Part shown: positions 25,250 through 37,837 of the stretch, one piece after another
Numbering within the stretch: position 1 is the stretch's first letter
Layout of the letters: every line of letters starts with the position of its first letter
Source of the DNA: Malacoraja senta
Taxonomy: Eukaryota
NCBI GenBank assembly: GCA_038087875.1
Contig: JAXLNO010000110.1
Span: 372,001-436,000 of the forward strand
Direction of reading: 5' to 3'
Length of the DNA stretch: 64,000 nt
Made by a program: the position numbers and the translations under genes
The notes under the pieces: model-generated
The model's input: the letters and a program-made list of their open reading frames with translations, nothing else
Told to the model about the DNA's origin: nothing
Database searches by the model: none

Positions 25250-27145
25250 CTGTAAAGATCACACACGACATATCAGATGCAACACTCAGAAGTGAACCAA
25301 TGTAGAGTATAAAATCATGAGAGGCACAGAATCTCCTGTCCAGAGCAGGTGAATCCAGGGCCAGAGGGCCGAGGTTTAAGGAGAAGCAGGGGGGGGGGGG
25401 GGGGGGGGAGAAAGATTTAATAGGAATCTGAGGGGTAACTTTTTCACTTAAATGTGTATGGAACGAGCTGCCAGAGGAGGTAGTTGAGGCAGGGACTATC
25501 CCAACGTTTAAGGGACAGCTAGTCAGGCACATGGACAGGATTGGAGGGATATGGACCAAACGCGGGCAGGTGGGACTAGTGTAGCTGGGACATGTTGGCC
25601 ATTGTGGGCAAGTTAGGCCGAAGGGCCTGTTTCCATGCTGTAACACTCGATGACTATGAGAGGAAAGCTGTAGATGCTGGTGGGAGAGTTTAGGATTAGA
25701 GGGCATAGCCTCAAAATTAAAGGACGTTCCTTTAGGAAGGAGATGAGGATGAATTTCTTTAGTCAGACAATGGTGAATCTGTGGAATTCATTGCCAGTGA
25801 AGGGTGAAGAGGCCAAGTCAATTGATATTTCTAAGGCATAGACGGATAGATTCTTGATTAGGCCGGGTGTCAGGGGTTATGGGGAGAAGGCGGGAGAATG
25901 GGGTTGAGAGGGAAAGATAGATCAGCCATGATTGAATGGCGGAATAGACAATGGGCCGAATGGCCTAATTCTTCTCCTATCACTTATGAAAACTAGGTGG
26001 ATGGGTGATAGAAGTGAGAGCAATCCACACCTTGTGTTGTCTTACCACCCACCCCGCCTTTTGTTCACATCCCAGGCACGTCAGCTTTTACTCCCATTCA
26101 TTTTCCTAACATTATCTTCACCAACAATAATTTTGTTAAAAAATATCCAAAATACCCCTTGGCTCCCTGAATAAGTGACGATGATCTAGGAAAAGTGGAG
26201 CCCACAATGGTCCGCTGTTGGCTGTGGGCAAGGTGATAATGAGTTATGCAGATATCAAGGGATATGGGGAAACAGCAGGAACGGGGTACTGATTTTGGAT
26301 GATCAGCCACGATCATATTGAATGGCGGTGCTGGCTGGAAGGGCCGAATGGCCTACTCCTGCACCTATTTTCTATGTCTATGTTTCTATAGCGAAGCTCA
26401 ACAGGATGACAGTGAAACTAAGATGACTACTGGGATGGGGGAGGGGACACAAGGGACAAGGGACATTTATTGTCACTTACACCAATTGGTGTAGTGAAAT
26501 TTGACTTGCCATTGCAGCACACGAATAAAGATAAGACACAACATCAAAGAATTTAACAATACACATAAAAACATCCCCCCACAATGGTTCCCACTGTGGG
26601 GGAAGGCAGCAAAGTCCAGTCCCGTCCCCTGTTCACCCATAGTCGGGCCTATTGAGGCCTCCTCGGTCGCCACTACAGCAGCCCGATGTTTCAGGCCCTC
26701 TTGCCGGGAAGATGGAACTCCGGCGTCGGGTGAACACTCCTCAGCGGCATGGAATGTCTGGAGCGGCATTCCAAGGGTCACTTGAAGTTAGAGAAATCAA
26801 TATTCATCCCGCTGCTCGGCACCAGAAACGTGGCAACACTTACGTACTGCCGAGGTAAGGTCTGCTGGATGGTTTTACCAGGTTGCATGCAAAACAAAGG
26901 CGGTGTAGCTGGGACATGTTGGCCAAGTGTGGGCAAGTTGGGCCACGCTGTATCACTCCATGACATTGCTTGGCCTGTGAGCTACAACTGGATCCATCAC
27001 GCCCATCATTCTGCCTAGCTTGTGTCTCCCACTCTCTCACCTCCCCCCCCCCCCCCTTCTCAGTTGTGAAGGGTCTCCGTCCTGAAATGCCAGCGGTGAT
27101 TCTCTTCACGATGCTGCTTGACCTGACTCGGTGGGCTGTTTCTAC

Positions 27146-27533
27146 CGAAGATCCTACAGCGAGCAAGATAGTCCACTCGACGAAAAAGACATAGTACGGT
27201 CATGGGCAGATTCATGGGTAATTTTAGGCCCCATTTCCGTAACCGGCTTCCGTCTCCGCACCAAAGATCCCATAGGATAATAGTGCGGAGACGGAAGCCG
27301 GTTACGGAAACATCCTCGTAAAAATAAAAGTTATTTGGTAAAAATCTTCTCCTCATTTTCAGAATTTTAATTTATTAACACAAACTGTTAACACAACGTT
27401 GATTACACTGCGGGTCGGGTCGGGTTACTGAAATGGATGAAAAAAAGGCCCACGTTCCGCTCCGTTGCGTACTACACGTCAGCCCATTGCATTTAGCAGG
27501 AGTGGTCTACCTTGCTCCGCTATAGGATCTTTG
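27146..27533. mobile_element. MITE with CAAAG-type termini and an 8-bp TSD (P-element-like)
   Basis: ~33-bp imperfect TIRs cgaagatcctacagcgagcaagatagtccactc / gagtggtctaccttgctccgctataggatctttg. The flanks are gtttctac and ctttctac. Confidence 0.7.
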
Positions 27534-27854
27534 CTTTCTACAGGTTGTGTAGTTAATCAGGATTGTAAATGTTAATCCCTTATCATGTATCTATCTTTAC
27601 GCTGTAAATGGCTCGATTGTAATCATGTATCTATCTTTCCGCTGACTGGTTAGCACGCAACAAAAAAGCTTTTCACGGTACCTCGGTACACGTGACAATA
27701 AAGTAAATAACGGAACTATTTATTGATGGCGATAATCTTACTGATCTGTCTGCAAAGAAAGGTTTCACGGTACCTTGGTACATGTGATACCATTGAACCA
27801 TTCATTTACACATTTTTGAATCACGTGCTGATTTTCAAGCACATAACCAGATTA

Positions 27855-28160
27855 CGTGGCGGTGGGGAAGTTACTGCCTTGCAGGGCTTACAGCGCCAGA
27901 GACCCGGGTTCGATCCCGACCACGGGTGCTGTCTGTACGGGGTTTGCATGTTCTCCCCGTGGCTTGCGTGGGTTTTCTCCGAGATCATCAGTTTCCTCCC
28001 ACGCTCCAAAGAAGTACAGGTTTGTAGGTTAATTGGCTTGGTATAAATGTAAATTGTCTCTAGTGTGTGTAGGATAGTGTTAGTGTGCAGGGATCGCTGA
28101 TCGGCACGGACTCGGTGGGCCGAAGGGCCTGTTTCTGCGCTGTATCTCTGAACTAAACTA
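27855..28160 (+). mobile_element. V-SINE (HE1-like)
   Basis: B box ggttcgatccc, V-domain and tail. Confidence 0.85.
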
Positions 28161-28234
28161 GACCCCCCCCAGCAAGAGGCGCGGTGCCTGTAAACTGGCG
28201 GGCAGCTCGTTGTTCCATCAACGCCGTGACTTAC

Positions 28235-28401
28235 ATTGTCTTGGCTGTCAGGTTGTCCAGGCAGGTCATGATGTACTGGTTGTAGTAATCTATCTGCTCC
28301 TCGAAGAAGGTGGTCTTGGAGCTGATCCCACGCAGCGTCTGCTTCAGCTTGCTCAGCTCCGTCTTACGCTGCTGCCGGTAGCGGCGGTGATTCTGGATGT
28401 C
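28235..28401 (-). CDS. IQGAP3: IQGAP3-like exon: DIQNHRRYRQQRKTELSKLKQTLRGISSKTTFFEEQIDYYNQYIMTCLDNLTAKT
   Basis: CAG acceptor and GTAAGT donor, 167 nt, phase 0 to 2; IQGAP RasGAP_C sequence. Confidence 0.95.
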
Positions 28402-28596
28402 CTGCGGCATGGGAGAGGGTAGAGCGTGAGGGCGGCAGTGGTCACGTGGAGAACGGAGGAGAATGGGGTTAGGAGGGAGAGATAGACCAGCCATGATTGA
28501 ATGGTGGAGAGACTCGATGGACCAAATGGCCTTATTCTGCTCCTAGAACGTATGACCTTATGATGAGGGGGTTTGAGGCAAGAATGCCCCTGCCTT

Positions 28597-28599
<3 letters not shown>

Positions 28600-28629
<30 letters not shown>

Positions 28630-28784
28630 CTGTGCGCGCATGTCTGTCTGTGTGCGCGTGTCTGTCTGTGTGCACGTGTCTGTGTGTGCGTCTGTGTCTC
28701 TGTGTGTGTGTGTGTGGATGTGAGTGTGTGTGTGTGCGTGTGGATGTGAGTGTGTGTGTGTGTGGATGTGAGTGTGTGTGTGGA

Positions 28785-28816
<32 letters not shown>

Positions 28817-28850
28817 GATGTGAGTGTGTGTGTGTGTGTGTGTGTGTGGA

Positions 28851-28884
<34 letters not shown>

Positions 28885-28992
28885 GATGTGTGTGGATGTG
28901 AGTGTGTGTGTGTGTGTGTGTGTGGATGTGAGTGTGTGTGTGTGTGTGTGGATGTGAGTGTGTGTGTGTGGATGTGAGTGTGTGTGTGTGGA

Positions 28993-29024
<32 letters not shown>

Positions 29025-29182
29025 GATGTGAGTGTGTGTGTGTGGATGTGAGTGTGTGTGTGTGGATGTGTGTGTGTGTGTGTGTGTGTGTGTGGATGTG
29101 AGTGTGTGTGTGGATGTGAGTGGTGTGTGTGTGTGGTGTGTGTGTGTGTGTGTGTGTGTGGATGTGAGTGTGTGTGTGTGGA

Positions 29183-29216
<34 letters not shown>

Positions 29217-29238
29217 GATGTGAGTGTGTGTGTGTGGA

Positions 29239-29283
<45 letters not shown>

Positions 29284-29312
29284 ATGTGTGTGAGTGTGTG
29301 TGTGTGTGTGTG

Positions 29313-29344
<32 letters not shown>

Positions 29345-29365
29345 ATGTGAGTGTGTGTGTGTGGA

Positions 29366-29412
<47 letters not shown>

Positions 29413-29464
29413 TGTGAGTTTGTGAGTGTGTGTGTGTGTGTGTGGATGTGAGTGTGTGTGTGTG

Positions 29465-29500
<36 letters not shown>

Positions 29501-29630
29501 ATGTGAGTGTGTGTGTGTGCGTGTGGATGTGAGTGTGTGCGTGTGGATGTGAGTGTGTGTGTGTGTGTGTGGATGTGAGTTGTGTGTGTGTGTGTGTGTG
29601 TGTGTGAATGTGTGTGTGGCATGTGAGTGT

Positions 29631-29665
<35 letters not shown>

Positions 29666-30070
29666 ATGTGAGTGTGTGTGAGATGTGAGTGTGTGTGTGT
29701 GTGTGGATGTGAGTGTGTGTGTGAGTGTGTGTGTGTGAGTGTGTGTGTGGATGTGAGTGTGTGTGTGTGTGTGTGGATGTGAGTGTGTGTGTGTGGTGGT
29801 GTGATGTGAGTGTGTGTGTGTGAGTGTGTGTGTGTGGTTGTGAGTGTGTGTTGTGGTGGATGTGAGTGTGTGTGTGTGTGGATGTGAGTGTGTGTGTGTG
29901 TGTGTGCGCGCATGTCTGTCTGTGTGCGCGTGTCTGCCTGTGTGCACGTGTCTGTGTGTGCGTCTGTGTCTCTGTGTGTGTGTGTGTGTATGCGAGTGTG
30001 TGTGGATGTGAGTGTGTGTGTGTGTGTGTGCGCGTGTGTATGCGAGTGTGTGTGAGAGTTCGTGTGCGTG
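28600..30070. repeat. ~1.5 kb compound (TG)n / GGATGTGA microsatellite array
   Basis: Read directly. A ~70-bp variant block is repeated near both ends (~28634 and ~29906). Confidence 0.97.
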
Positions 30071-30792
30071 TACATTGAACTGCCTTTCGTTGATTATATT
30101 TTTTACAGAGTACTATGTTCTCTGGGTATATACAGTATATGGGTCTGTAGAAGGGTCTTGACCCGAAACGTCACCCATTCCTTCTCTCCAGAGATGCTGC
30201 CTGTCCTGCTGAGTTACTCCAGACTTTTGTGTCTATCTTCATTTTAAACCAGCATCTGCAGTTCCTTTCTATGACAATAAAACACTTGAATTTCTTACCC
30301 CATACCGATTGTGTTTATTTATGTGCAGTGGAGTCTAGCAAATCTGTATTTGACTGAACCTACTACATGTGACAATTAAGAAACCATTTCCCATTGATAC
30401 CCTGAAATCATCGTCCTCTAATTTGATCTGCTTCTGCTATGGGGAAAAGTCTATTTATTGTTGATGATTCCAGAACCTGCGGTTTTCTTGGTTTTAATTA
30501 ACTTTAGCTGGGGTGGGAGGGCAAGCTGTGACAGACACTGACTAATCGGGTTTCATACAACAGCGGGTAGAGTTGCTGCCTCACAGCGCCAGAGACCCGG
30601 GATCAATCCCGACCGCGGGTGCTGCCGGTGTGGAGTTTGCATGTCCTCTCTGTGACCGCGTGGGTTGCATCCCGGTGCTCCGGTTTCCTCCCACGTCCCA
30701 AAGATGTGCCCTTGCAGGTTTGTACTTGCTCTTACTTGCCCTCTAGTGTGTAAGGAGTGGTTAAGAAAGTGGGACAACATAGAGCTGATGTG

Positions 30793-31249
30793 TTAAAGAA
30801 GGAACTGCAGATGCTGGAAAATCGAAGGTACACAAAAATGCTGGAGAAACTCAGCGGGTGCAGCAGCATCTATGGAGCGAAGGAAATAGGTAACGTTTCG
30901 GGCCGAAACCCTTCTTCAGACTGATAGGGGGTGGGGAGAAGAAAGGAAAAAAGGAAAAGGCGGAGGAGGAGCCCGAGGGCTGGGGGAGGGGAGGAGACAA
31001 CCAGATGGCTGATGAAGGGGAGGGGACAGCCAGGGCTAGCAGAATTGGGAGAATTCAACGTTCAGGCCACCAGGATGTAGACTGCCCAAGCGGAATATGA
31101 GGTGCATTTCCTCCAATTTCCGGTGTTGCTCGCTGTGGCCATGGAGGAGACCCAGGACAGAGAGGTCAGATACGGAATGGGAGGGGGAGTTGAAGTGCTG
31201 AGCCACCGGGAGTTCAGGTTGGTTATTGCGGACCGACCGGAGGTGTTCG
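30793..31249 (-). mobile_element. Penelope-like 3' fragment with a hammerhead motif, inserted in a V-SINE with a 9-bp TSD
   Basis: TSD gctgatgtg at 30784-30792 and 31250-31258. Contains GIY-YIG C-terminal coding sequence and ctgaagaagggtttcggcccgaaacgtt (minus strand, 30892-30919). Confidence 0.8.
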
Positions 31250-33006
31250 GCTGATGTGAATGAGTGATGGATGGTCGGAGTGGGCTCGGTGGGCCTGTTT
31301 CCACGCTCTATCTGTATTTAGTGGGTTGGGTAGTATCTCTGGAGAACATGGATAGGTGACGTTTTGGGACAGGCCCCTTGGAAGAAGTTCTCCAGGGATG
31401 CTGCCTGATCCACTGAGTTACTCCAGCACTCTATGCACACCAAGCCCACACCGACCATCTTTTTTTCTTTGTAAACCAGCCCCCTGAAGTATACGAGAAA
31501 GTGGGACAACTTAGAACTAATGTGAACAGGTGATCGATGGTCAGGGTGATCTCGGTGGGCCCGCTTCCATTCCGTATCTCTAAAGGACTGTACGGAGTTT
31601 GCACGTTCTCCCCGTGACCTGCGTGGGTTTTCTCCGGCTGCTCCGGTTTCCTCCCACACTCCAAAGACGTGCTAGATAGGGCTCTTACAAATAGCGGAGT
31701 CAGGGGATATGGGGAGAAGGCAGGAACGGGGTACTGATTGGGGATGATCAGCCATGATCACATTGAATGGCGATGCTGGCTCGAAGGGCCAAATGGCCTG
31801 CTCCTGCACCTATTGTCTATTGTGTATTGTTTGTAAGCGAATTGGCTTGATAAAATTGTAAATTGTTCCTTGTGTGTGTGTGTAGGATAGTGTTAGTGCG
31901 AGGTGCATATATGGATCGAGCTGCCAGCAGGTAGAGTTGCTGCCTTACAGCGCCAGAGACCCCGGGTTCCATCCTGACTACGGGTGCTGTCTGTACAGAG
32001 TTTGTACGTTCCCCCTGCGGCCAGTGTGGGTTTTCTCCGGTTTCCTCCCACACTCAAAAGACAAATGGGTTTGTCGGCTAATTGGCTTGATAAAATTGTA
32101 AATTGTTCCTCGTGTGTGTAGGATAGTGTCATAGAGTGATACAGCGTGGTAACAGGTCCTTCAGCCTAACTTGCCCACACCGGCCAACATGTCCCAGCTA
32201 CACTAGTCCCATCTGCCTGCGCTTGGTCCATATCCCTCCAAACCTCTCCTATCCATGTACCTCTCCAACAGTTTCTTAAACGTTGGGATAGTCCCAGCCT
32301 CAACTACCTCCTCTGGCAGCTCGTTCCATACACCCACCACCCTTTGTGTGAAAAGGTTACCCCTCAGATTCCTATTAAATCTTTTCCCCTTCACCTTGAA
32401 CCTATGTCCTCGATTCCCCTACTCTGGGCAAATGATTCTGTGCATCTATCTGATCTATTCCTCTCATGATTTTATACACCTCTATAAGATCCCCCATCAT
32501 CCTCCTGCGCTCCAAGGAGTAGAGTCCCAGCCTGCTCAACCTCTCCCTGTAGCTCAGGCCCTCGAGTCCTGGCAACATGCTCGTAAAACTTCTCTGTGCC
32601 CTTTCTCGCTTGACGACATCTTTCCTATCACACGGCGCCCAGAACTGAACACAATACTCTAAATGCGGCCTCACCAACGTCTTTTACAACTGCAACGTGA
32701 CCTCCCAACTTCTATATTCAATACTGATGAAGGCCAATGTGCCGGAAACCTTTTTGACCACTCTATCTACCTGCGACTCCACCTTCAAGGAACCATGCAC
32801 CTGCACTCCTAGATCCCTCTGGCCCTCGATTCCCCTACTCCGGGCAAGAAATTGTGTGCGTCTACCCGATCTATTCCTCTCATGGCTCGATACAGTGTAC
32901 GGGGATCGCTGGTCAGCACGGACTTGATGGGCCGAAGGGCCTGTTTCTGCGCTGTATCTCTAAACCAGACATGAACATGGGGAGGTAAGGGTTGCCATTG
33001 TCTCAC

Positions 33007-33225
33007 CCTGGCTATCTCATTGATCAGCTCCTGGTGGTCATTGGCGGTGGACACGGCACCCGCAGCCTCCAACTTCCTCAGGCTTCGGACGATTTTTCTC
33101 TTCTTCTCGTCGATAGGAAGCTTGTTGTCGAGGAGCAAGGACCGGTTCCTCTTCATCTTCATCTTCTCCGGGGTGCGTGCGTCTCGTATCGCTCGCTTCT
33201 GGACCATGCGCTGATGCTCTGCCAC
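33007..33225 (-). CDS. IQGAP3: IQGAP3-like exon: VAEHQRMVQKRAIRDARTPEKMK...RKLEAAGAVSTANDHQELINEIAR
   Basis: TAG acceptor and GTGAGA donor, 219 nt, phase 0 to 0. Confidence 0.93.
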
Positions 33226-35271
33226 CTAGACAGGGGGCCGGGAATTAGACAAGCAGGGTCACTGCGCACATCAGGTACAACTCTTACAAACTTCCAGAGA
33301 TGCTCCGTACAAAGCAGACTGCCGCAGTGCATCGCAGCTTAGATTGATAACAGCTCTGCCCAAGACCACAATCAATTTCAGAGCTGTAGATGTCAAGCTG
33401 GAAAAGGTACAGAGAAGATTAACGAGGATGTTGCCAGGACTAGAAGGACTGAGCTACAGGGAGAGGTTGGGAGGATGAGGGGGGATCTTATAGAGGTGTA
33501 TAAAATCATGAGAGGAATAGATCGGGTAGACGCACAGAGTCTCTTGCCCAGCGTAGGGGAATCGAGGACCAGAGGACATAGGTTTAAGGTGAAGGCGAAA
33601 GGATTTAATAGGGTTCTGAGGGGTAACTTTTTCTACACAAAGGGTGGTGGGTGTATGGAACAAGCTGCCAGAGGAGGTAGTTGAGGCTGGGACTATCATA
33701 ATGTTTAAGAAGCAGTTAGACAGGTACATGGATAGGACAGGTTTTTGAGGGATATGGGCCAAACGCAGTCAGGTGGGACTGGTGTAGCTGGGACATGTTG
33801 GCCAGTGTGGGAAAGTCGGGCCGAGGGACCTGTTTCCACGCTGACTCATCACTCTGTGACACTGTGTAGCCCAGTCCGTCACACAGACCACACTCCCCCC
33901 ACCATTGGCCTCACGTGAGAGGACTCGCCGTCGGGTCCCCGGACAGAGTGGAGGGGGGAGGTATAGGGACAGGCATTGCATCTCGTGCGGTTGCAGGGGA
34001 AGGTATCTGGGGGGGTCGGGCAGCATCTATGGTGGAGGGGAGGGGAGGAATTGTTGGCTTCGAATCAAAAACCTGCAGCATTTCCACCGGTATCATGGAC
34101 AGTTACCTTCCCCCACCCCCCCACGGAAGATGCCTGACCTGCTGAGTTGCTCAGCAGTTTGCTTGCTCACATTCGTCCCATTTGTCTGCATTAGGATCAT
34201 ATCCTTCACTGCCTTGTCTATTCAAGTGTCTGCCTAAATGCCTCTTAAACGCAGTGATTGCATCTGATTCCATCATCTCTTCTGTCAGCCCGCTACAGAT
34301 AGAAACAACTCTGTGTGTGTGTGTGAAAAAAAACCCACATACCTCTCTGATCCCCTTTAAAACTCCCACCTTTCATCTTAACCCTGCACCCTGCTGGAAA
34401 AGGGCTCTGGCTATCCACCTTAACCAATGTCGCTCATAATCTTACACGTTTCAATCAGGTCACCGCTCAGCCCCCTGGAAAATAAGCCCAGACTGTCTGA
34501 TCTCCTGACATGTTCATATTGGCAATGTTTCATTTTCATGTTCGTTAAGTAGACTGTGTTTTAATTACGTTCATAGGAGCAGAATTAGGCCATTCGGCCC
34601 ATCGAGTCTACTTTGCCATTTGATCATGGCTGATCTATCTTTCCCTCTCAACCCCTTTCTCCTGCCTTCTCCCCATAACCTGTCAGTCTACACTTTAAAA
34701 ATCCCCTCTGACTTGGCCTCCACAGCCATCGGTGGAAATGAATCCCACAGATTCACCACCCTCTGGCGAAAGAAATTCCTCCTCATCTCCTTTTTAAAGG
34801 TATAGTACGCCCTTTTATTCTGAGGCATCCTTTTAGTTCAGTTTAAATTAGAGATACAGCGTGAAAACAGGCCCTTCAGCCCAACGAGTCCACGCTGACC
34901 TGTGATCCTCGCACACTAACACTATCCTACACACTCGAGGGGCTATTTACTATTATGTTAAGCCAATTAGTCATAGAGTGATACAGTGTGGAAACAGGCC
35001 CTTCGGCCCCCCCACGCAGGTCACGGGGAGAATGTACAAACTCCGTGCAGACAGCACCCGTAGTCACGATCGAACCCAGGTCTCTGAACCTGTCAGACAG
35101 CGACTCTACCGCTGCGCCATCGTGCCGCCCTTAGGTTTTATTCTGAGGGAGTGGAGCTTGCTTGCTATGGACAGTTAATTTGCCAAGAACAGTTCAATGC
35201 ATGGCCCTACCTCAAACTCAGTGGCCACTAGCGTGGTGAACAGACGCTCCGAGGGAAACATCTACTGCAGG

Positions 35272-35604
35272 TAGATTTGCCAACGTTCACACACTCCCAA
35301 ATAAGGGACAAAAGGTCATGAGAAGGAGGGGTCGGTGGTAAGGGAAGGTCTGAAGGTCGGACAGCTGGCCGGGCTGCCGACCGACCAACGGGGCCACGGA
35401 CGAGGCGCTGCTGCTGCTGCACTCCATGAGCTGCACTACGTCGGGACGGGTGAGGTGGGGCTGGATGCGGCGCTCCGACCCGACAGTCCCCTCGACCCGA
35501 GTAGTAGCAGTCAAATACGGGACAAGGGCGGTCCCGTGCGGGACAAACCAATTTAGCCCAACATACGGGATGTCCCGGCTAATATGGGACAGTTGGCAAC
35601 CCTG
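35272..35604. mobile_element. hAT-like MITE of the same family as 8339-10131, in the opposite orientation
   Basis: Termini tagatttgccaac / gttggcaaccctg, a shared internal sequence, and degenerate 8-bp flanks actgcagg / actgctgc. Confidence 0.75.
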
Positions 35605-36276
35605 ACTGCTGCCCACATCTACTGCTGATACAGGACGGTGATCGGGAACAAACACTCCAGTTGTTTACCTTCATCAAACAAAGCTCAAATGCATTGGGAT
35701 GCGGATGAGTTTGGCCAACACAGATTGGAGTTTGAATTCAAGGCTCACCAGTTTACATCATCATACAGCGTAGAAGCAGGCCGTTTGACCCAACTTGCCC
35801 ACACCGACCAACATGTCCCACGTACACTATGAGCTTTTGGCTCATATCCCTCTAAACCTGTCCTATCCAAGTACCTGTCTAAATGTTTCTTAAACGTTGT
35901 GATAGTCCCTGCCTCAACTACCTCCTCTGGCAGCTCGTTCCACACTCCCACCACTCTTTGTGTGAAACGGTTACCCCTCAGGTTCCTATTAAGTTTTCCC
36001 CCCGTACCTTAAACCTATGTCCTCTGGTCCTCGATTCACCTACTCTGGGCAAGAGAGTACCCGATCTATTCCTCTCATGATTTTATACACCTCTATAAGA
36101 TCACCCCACATCCTCCTGCGCTCCAAGGAATAGAGTCCCAGCCTGCTCAACCTCTCCCTGTAGCTCAGGCCCTCGAGTCCGGGCAACATCCTCGTAAAGA
36201 ACAATCAGTGTGTGTGTGCTTGGACTGACAAGAGGGCTCATGTTTATCACAACTCCTTCCACATCCCTCTACTTGC

Positions 36277-36364
36277 CTGATGTGTTGAGGCCGATGTTTG
36301 CAATATCTCCGTCAGAGAGTCTCCAGCTTGGGATCGGATCACATCCACAATCAGTTGCTTTGTG
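36277..36364 (-). CDS. IQGAP3: IQGAP3-like exon: TKQLIVDVIRSQAGDSLTEILQTSASTHQ (GC donor)
   Basis: ttttgaag acceptor, 88 nt, phase 2 to 0, donor GCAAGT. Not in the ORF track; translated by hand. Confidence 0.9.
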
Positions 36365-37266
36365 CTTCAAAATAAAAGACAGAATGGAGAAAATGAATGC
36401 AAATCCTTCCCAGCTTTATCAGTGCTTGCCTTCATCGGTCGAGGCGTTGAGTATGTGAGTCAGGGAGTCATGCTGTACAACTACACACATTTGGAATATT
36501 GCACGCAGTTTTACATTTGGAGATACAGCACGGAAACAGGCCCTTCGGCCCACCGAGTCCGCGCCAACTAGCAATCACTCCGTGCACTAGCACTGTATCC
36601 TTACCGCAATTCTTACTGAAGCCAATTAACCGACAGGCCTACAAGTCGCCGGAATGTGGGAGGAGACCGGAGCACCCAGAGAAAACCCACGCAGGTCACA
36701 GGGAGAAGGTACAAACTCGGTACAGACAGCACCTGTACAGACGGTACAGAGAATGGAGCAGCTGGGCTTGTACACTCTGGAGTTTAGAAGGATGAGAGGG
36801 ATTCTCATTGAAACATATAAGATTGTTAAGGGCTTGGACACGCTAGAGGCAGGAAACATGTTCCCGATGTTGGGGGGAGTCCAGAACCAGGGGCCACAGT
36901 TTAAGAATAAGGAGTAAGCCATTTAGAACGGAGATGAGGAAACACTTTTTCTCACAGAGAGTGGCGAGTCTGTGGAATTCTCTGCCTCAGAGGGCGGTGG
37001 AGGCAGGTTCTCTGGATGCTTTCAAGAGAGAGCTAGATAAGGCTCTTAAAAATAGGAGAGTCAGGGGATATGGGGAGAAGGCAGGTACGGGGTACTGATA
37101 GGGGATGATCAGCCATGATCACATTGAATGGCGGTGCTGGCTCGAAGGGCCGAATGGCCTACTCCTGCACCTATGGTCTATTGTCTATTGTCACCCGTGG
37201 TCAGGATGGAAGCCGGACCTCTGGCGCCGTGAGGCAGTAACTCTACTCAAGATCCTCCACACTTAC

Positions 37267-37411
37267 CTGAGCAACAAACCTCTGGTATCACTCGTTGCAT
37301 TGCCGCTTTTACAGAGATCAAATTTATTGCTTAGGGTCAGTGAGACCTCCATCTTGTAGAGCTGGGCCAAATGGTCTTCCTGGGCATCGTTTACAGTCAC
37401 AGAACCTTCAC
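37267..37411 (-). CDS. IQGAP3: IQGAP3-like exon: (G)EGSVTVNDAQEDHLAQLYKMEVSLTLSNKFDLCKSGNATSDTRGLLL(S)
   Basis: ttcaaag acceptor and GTAAGT donor, 145 nt, phase 1 to 2; contains the K.EVSLTL.NKF motif. Translated by hand. Confidence 0.92.
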
Positions 37412-37539
37412 CTTTGAATAGAGAAGAGAACGTACACAAAATCAGTGATAAGCAGGAGGACGATTACAGCAGCTGTTGTAGTTTTTAGTTTTAGTTTGAA
37501 AGATACAGGGTGGAAATATGCCCATCGGCCCACGAAGTC

Positions 37540-37837
37540 GGCACGGTGGCGCAGCGGTAGAGTTGGTGCCTCACAGCGCCGGAGACCAGTGTCTGATCCC
37601 GACTACGGGTGCTGTCTGTACGGAGTTTGTACCTTCTCCCCGTGACCTGCGTGGGTTTCCCCCGAGATCTTCGGTTTCCTCCCACAATCCAAAGACGTTC
37701 AGGCTTGTAGGTTAATTGGCTTGGTATAAGTGTAAATTGTCCCTAGTGTGTGTGTGTGTGGGATAACGTGCGGGGTCGGCACTGACTCGGTGGGCCGAAG
37801 GGCCTGTTTCCGCGCTGTATCTCTACACTAAACTAAA
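37540..37837 (+). mobile_element. V-SINE (HE1-like)
   Basis: Consensus head, V-domain and tail. Confidence 0.85.

Noticed and set aside
28532..30075. 471-aa and 505-aa His/Thr-rich ORFs
   Set aside because: They are translations of a (TG)n microsatellite that lacks stop codons.
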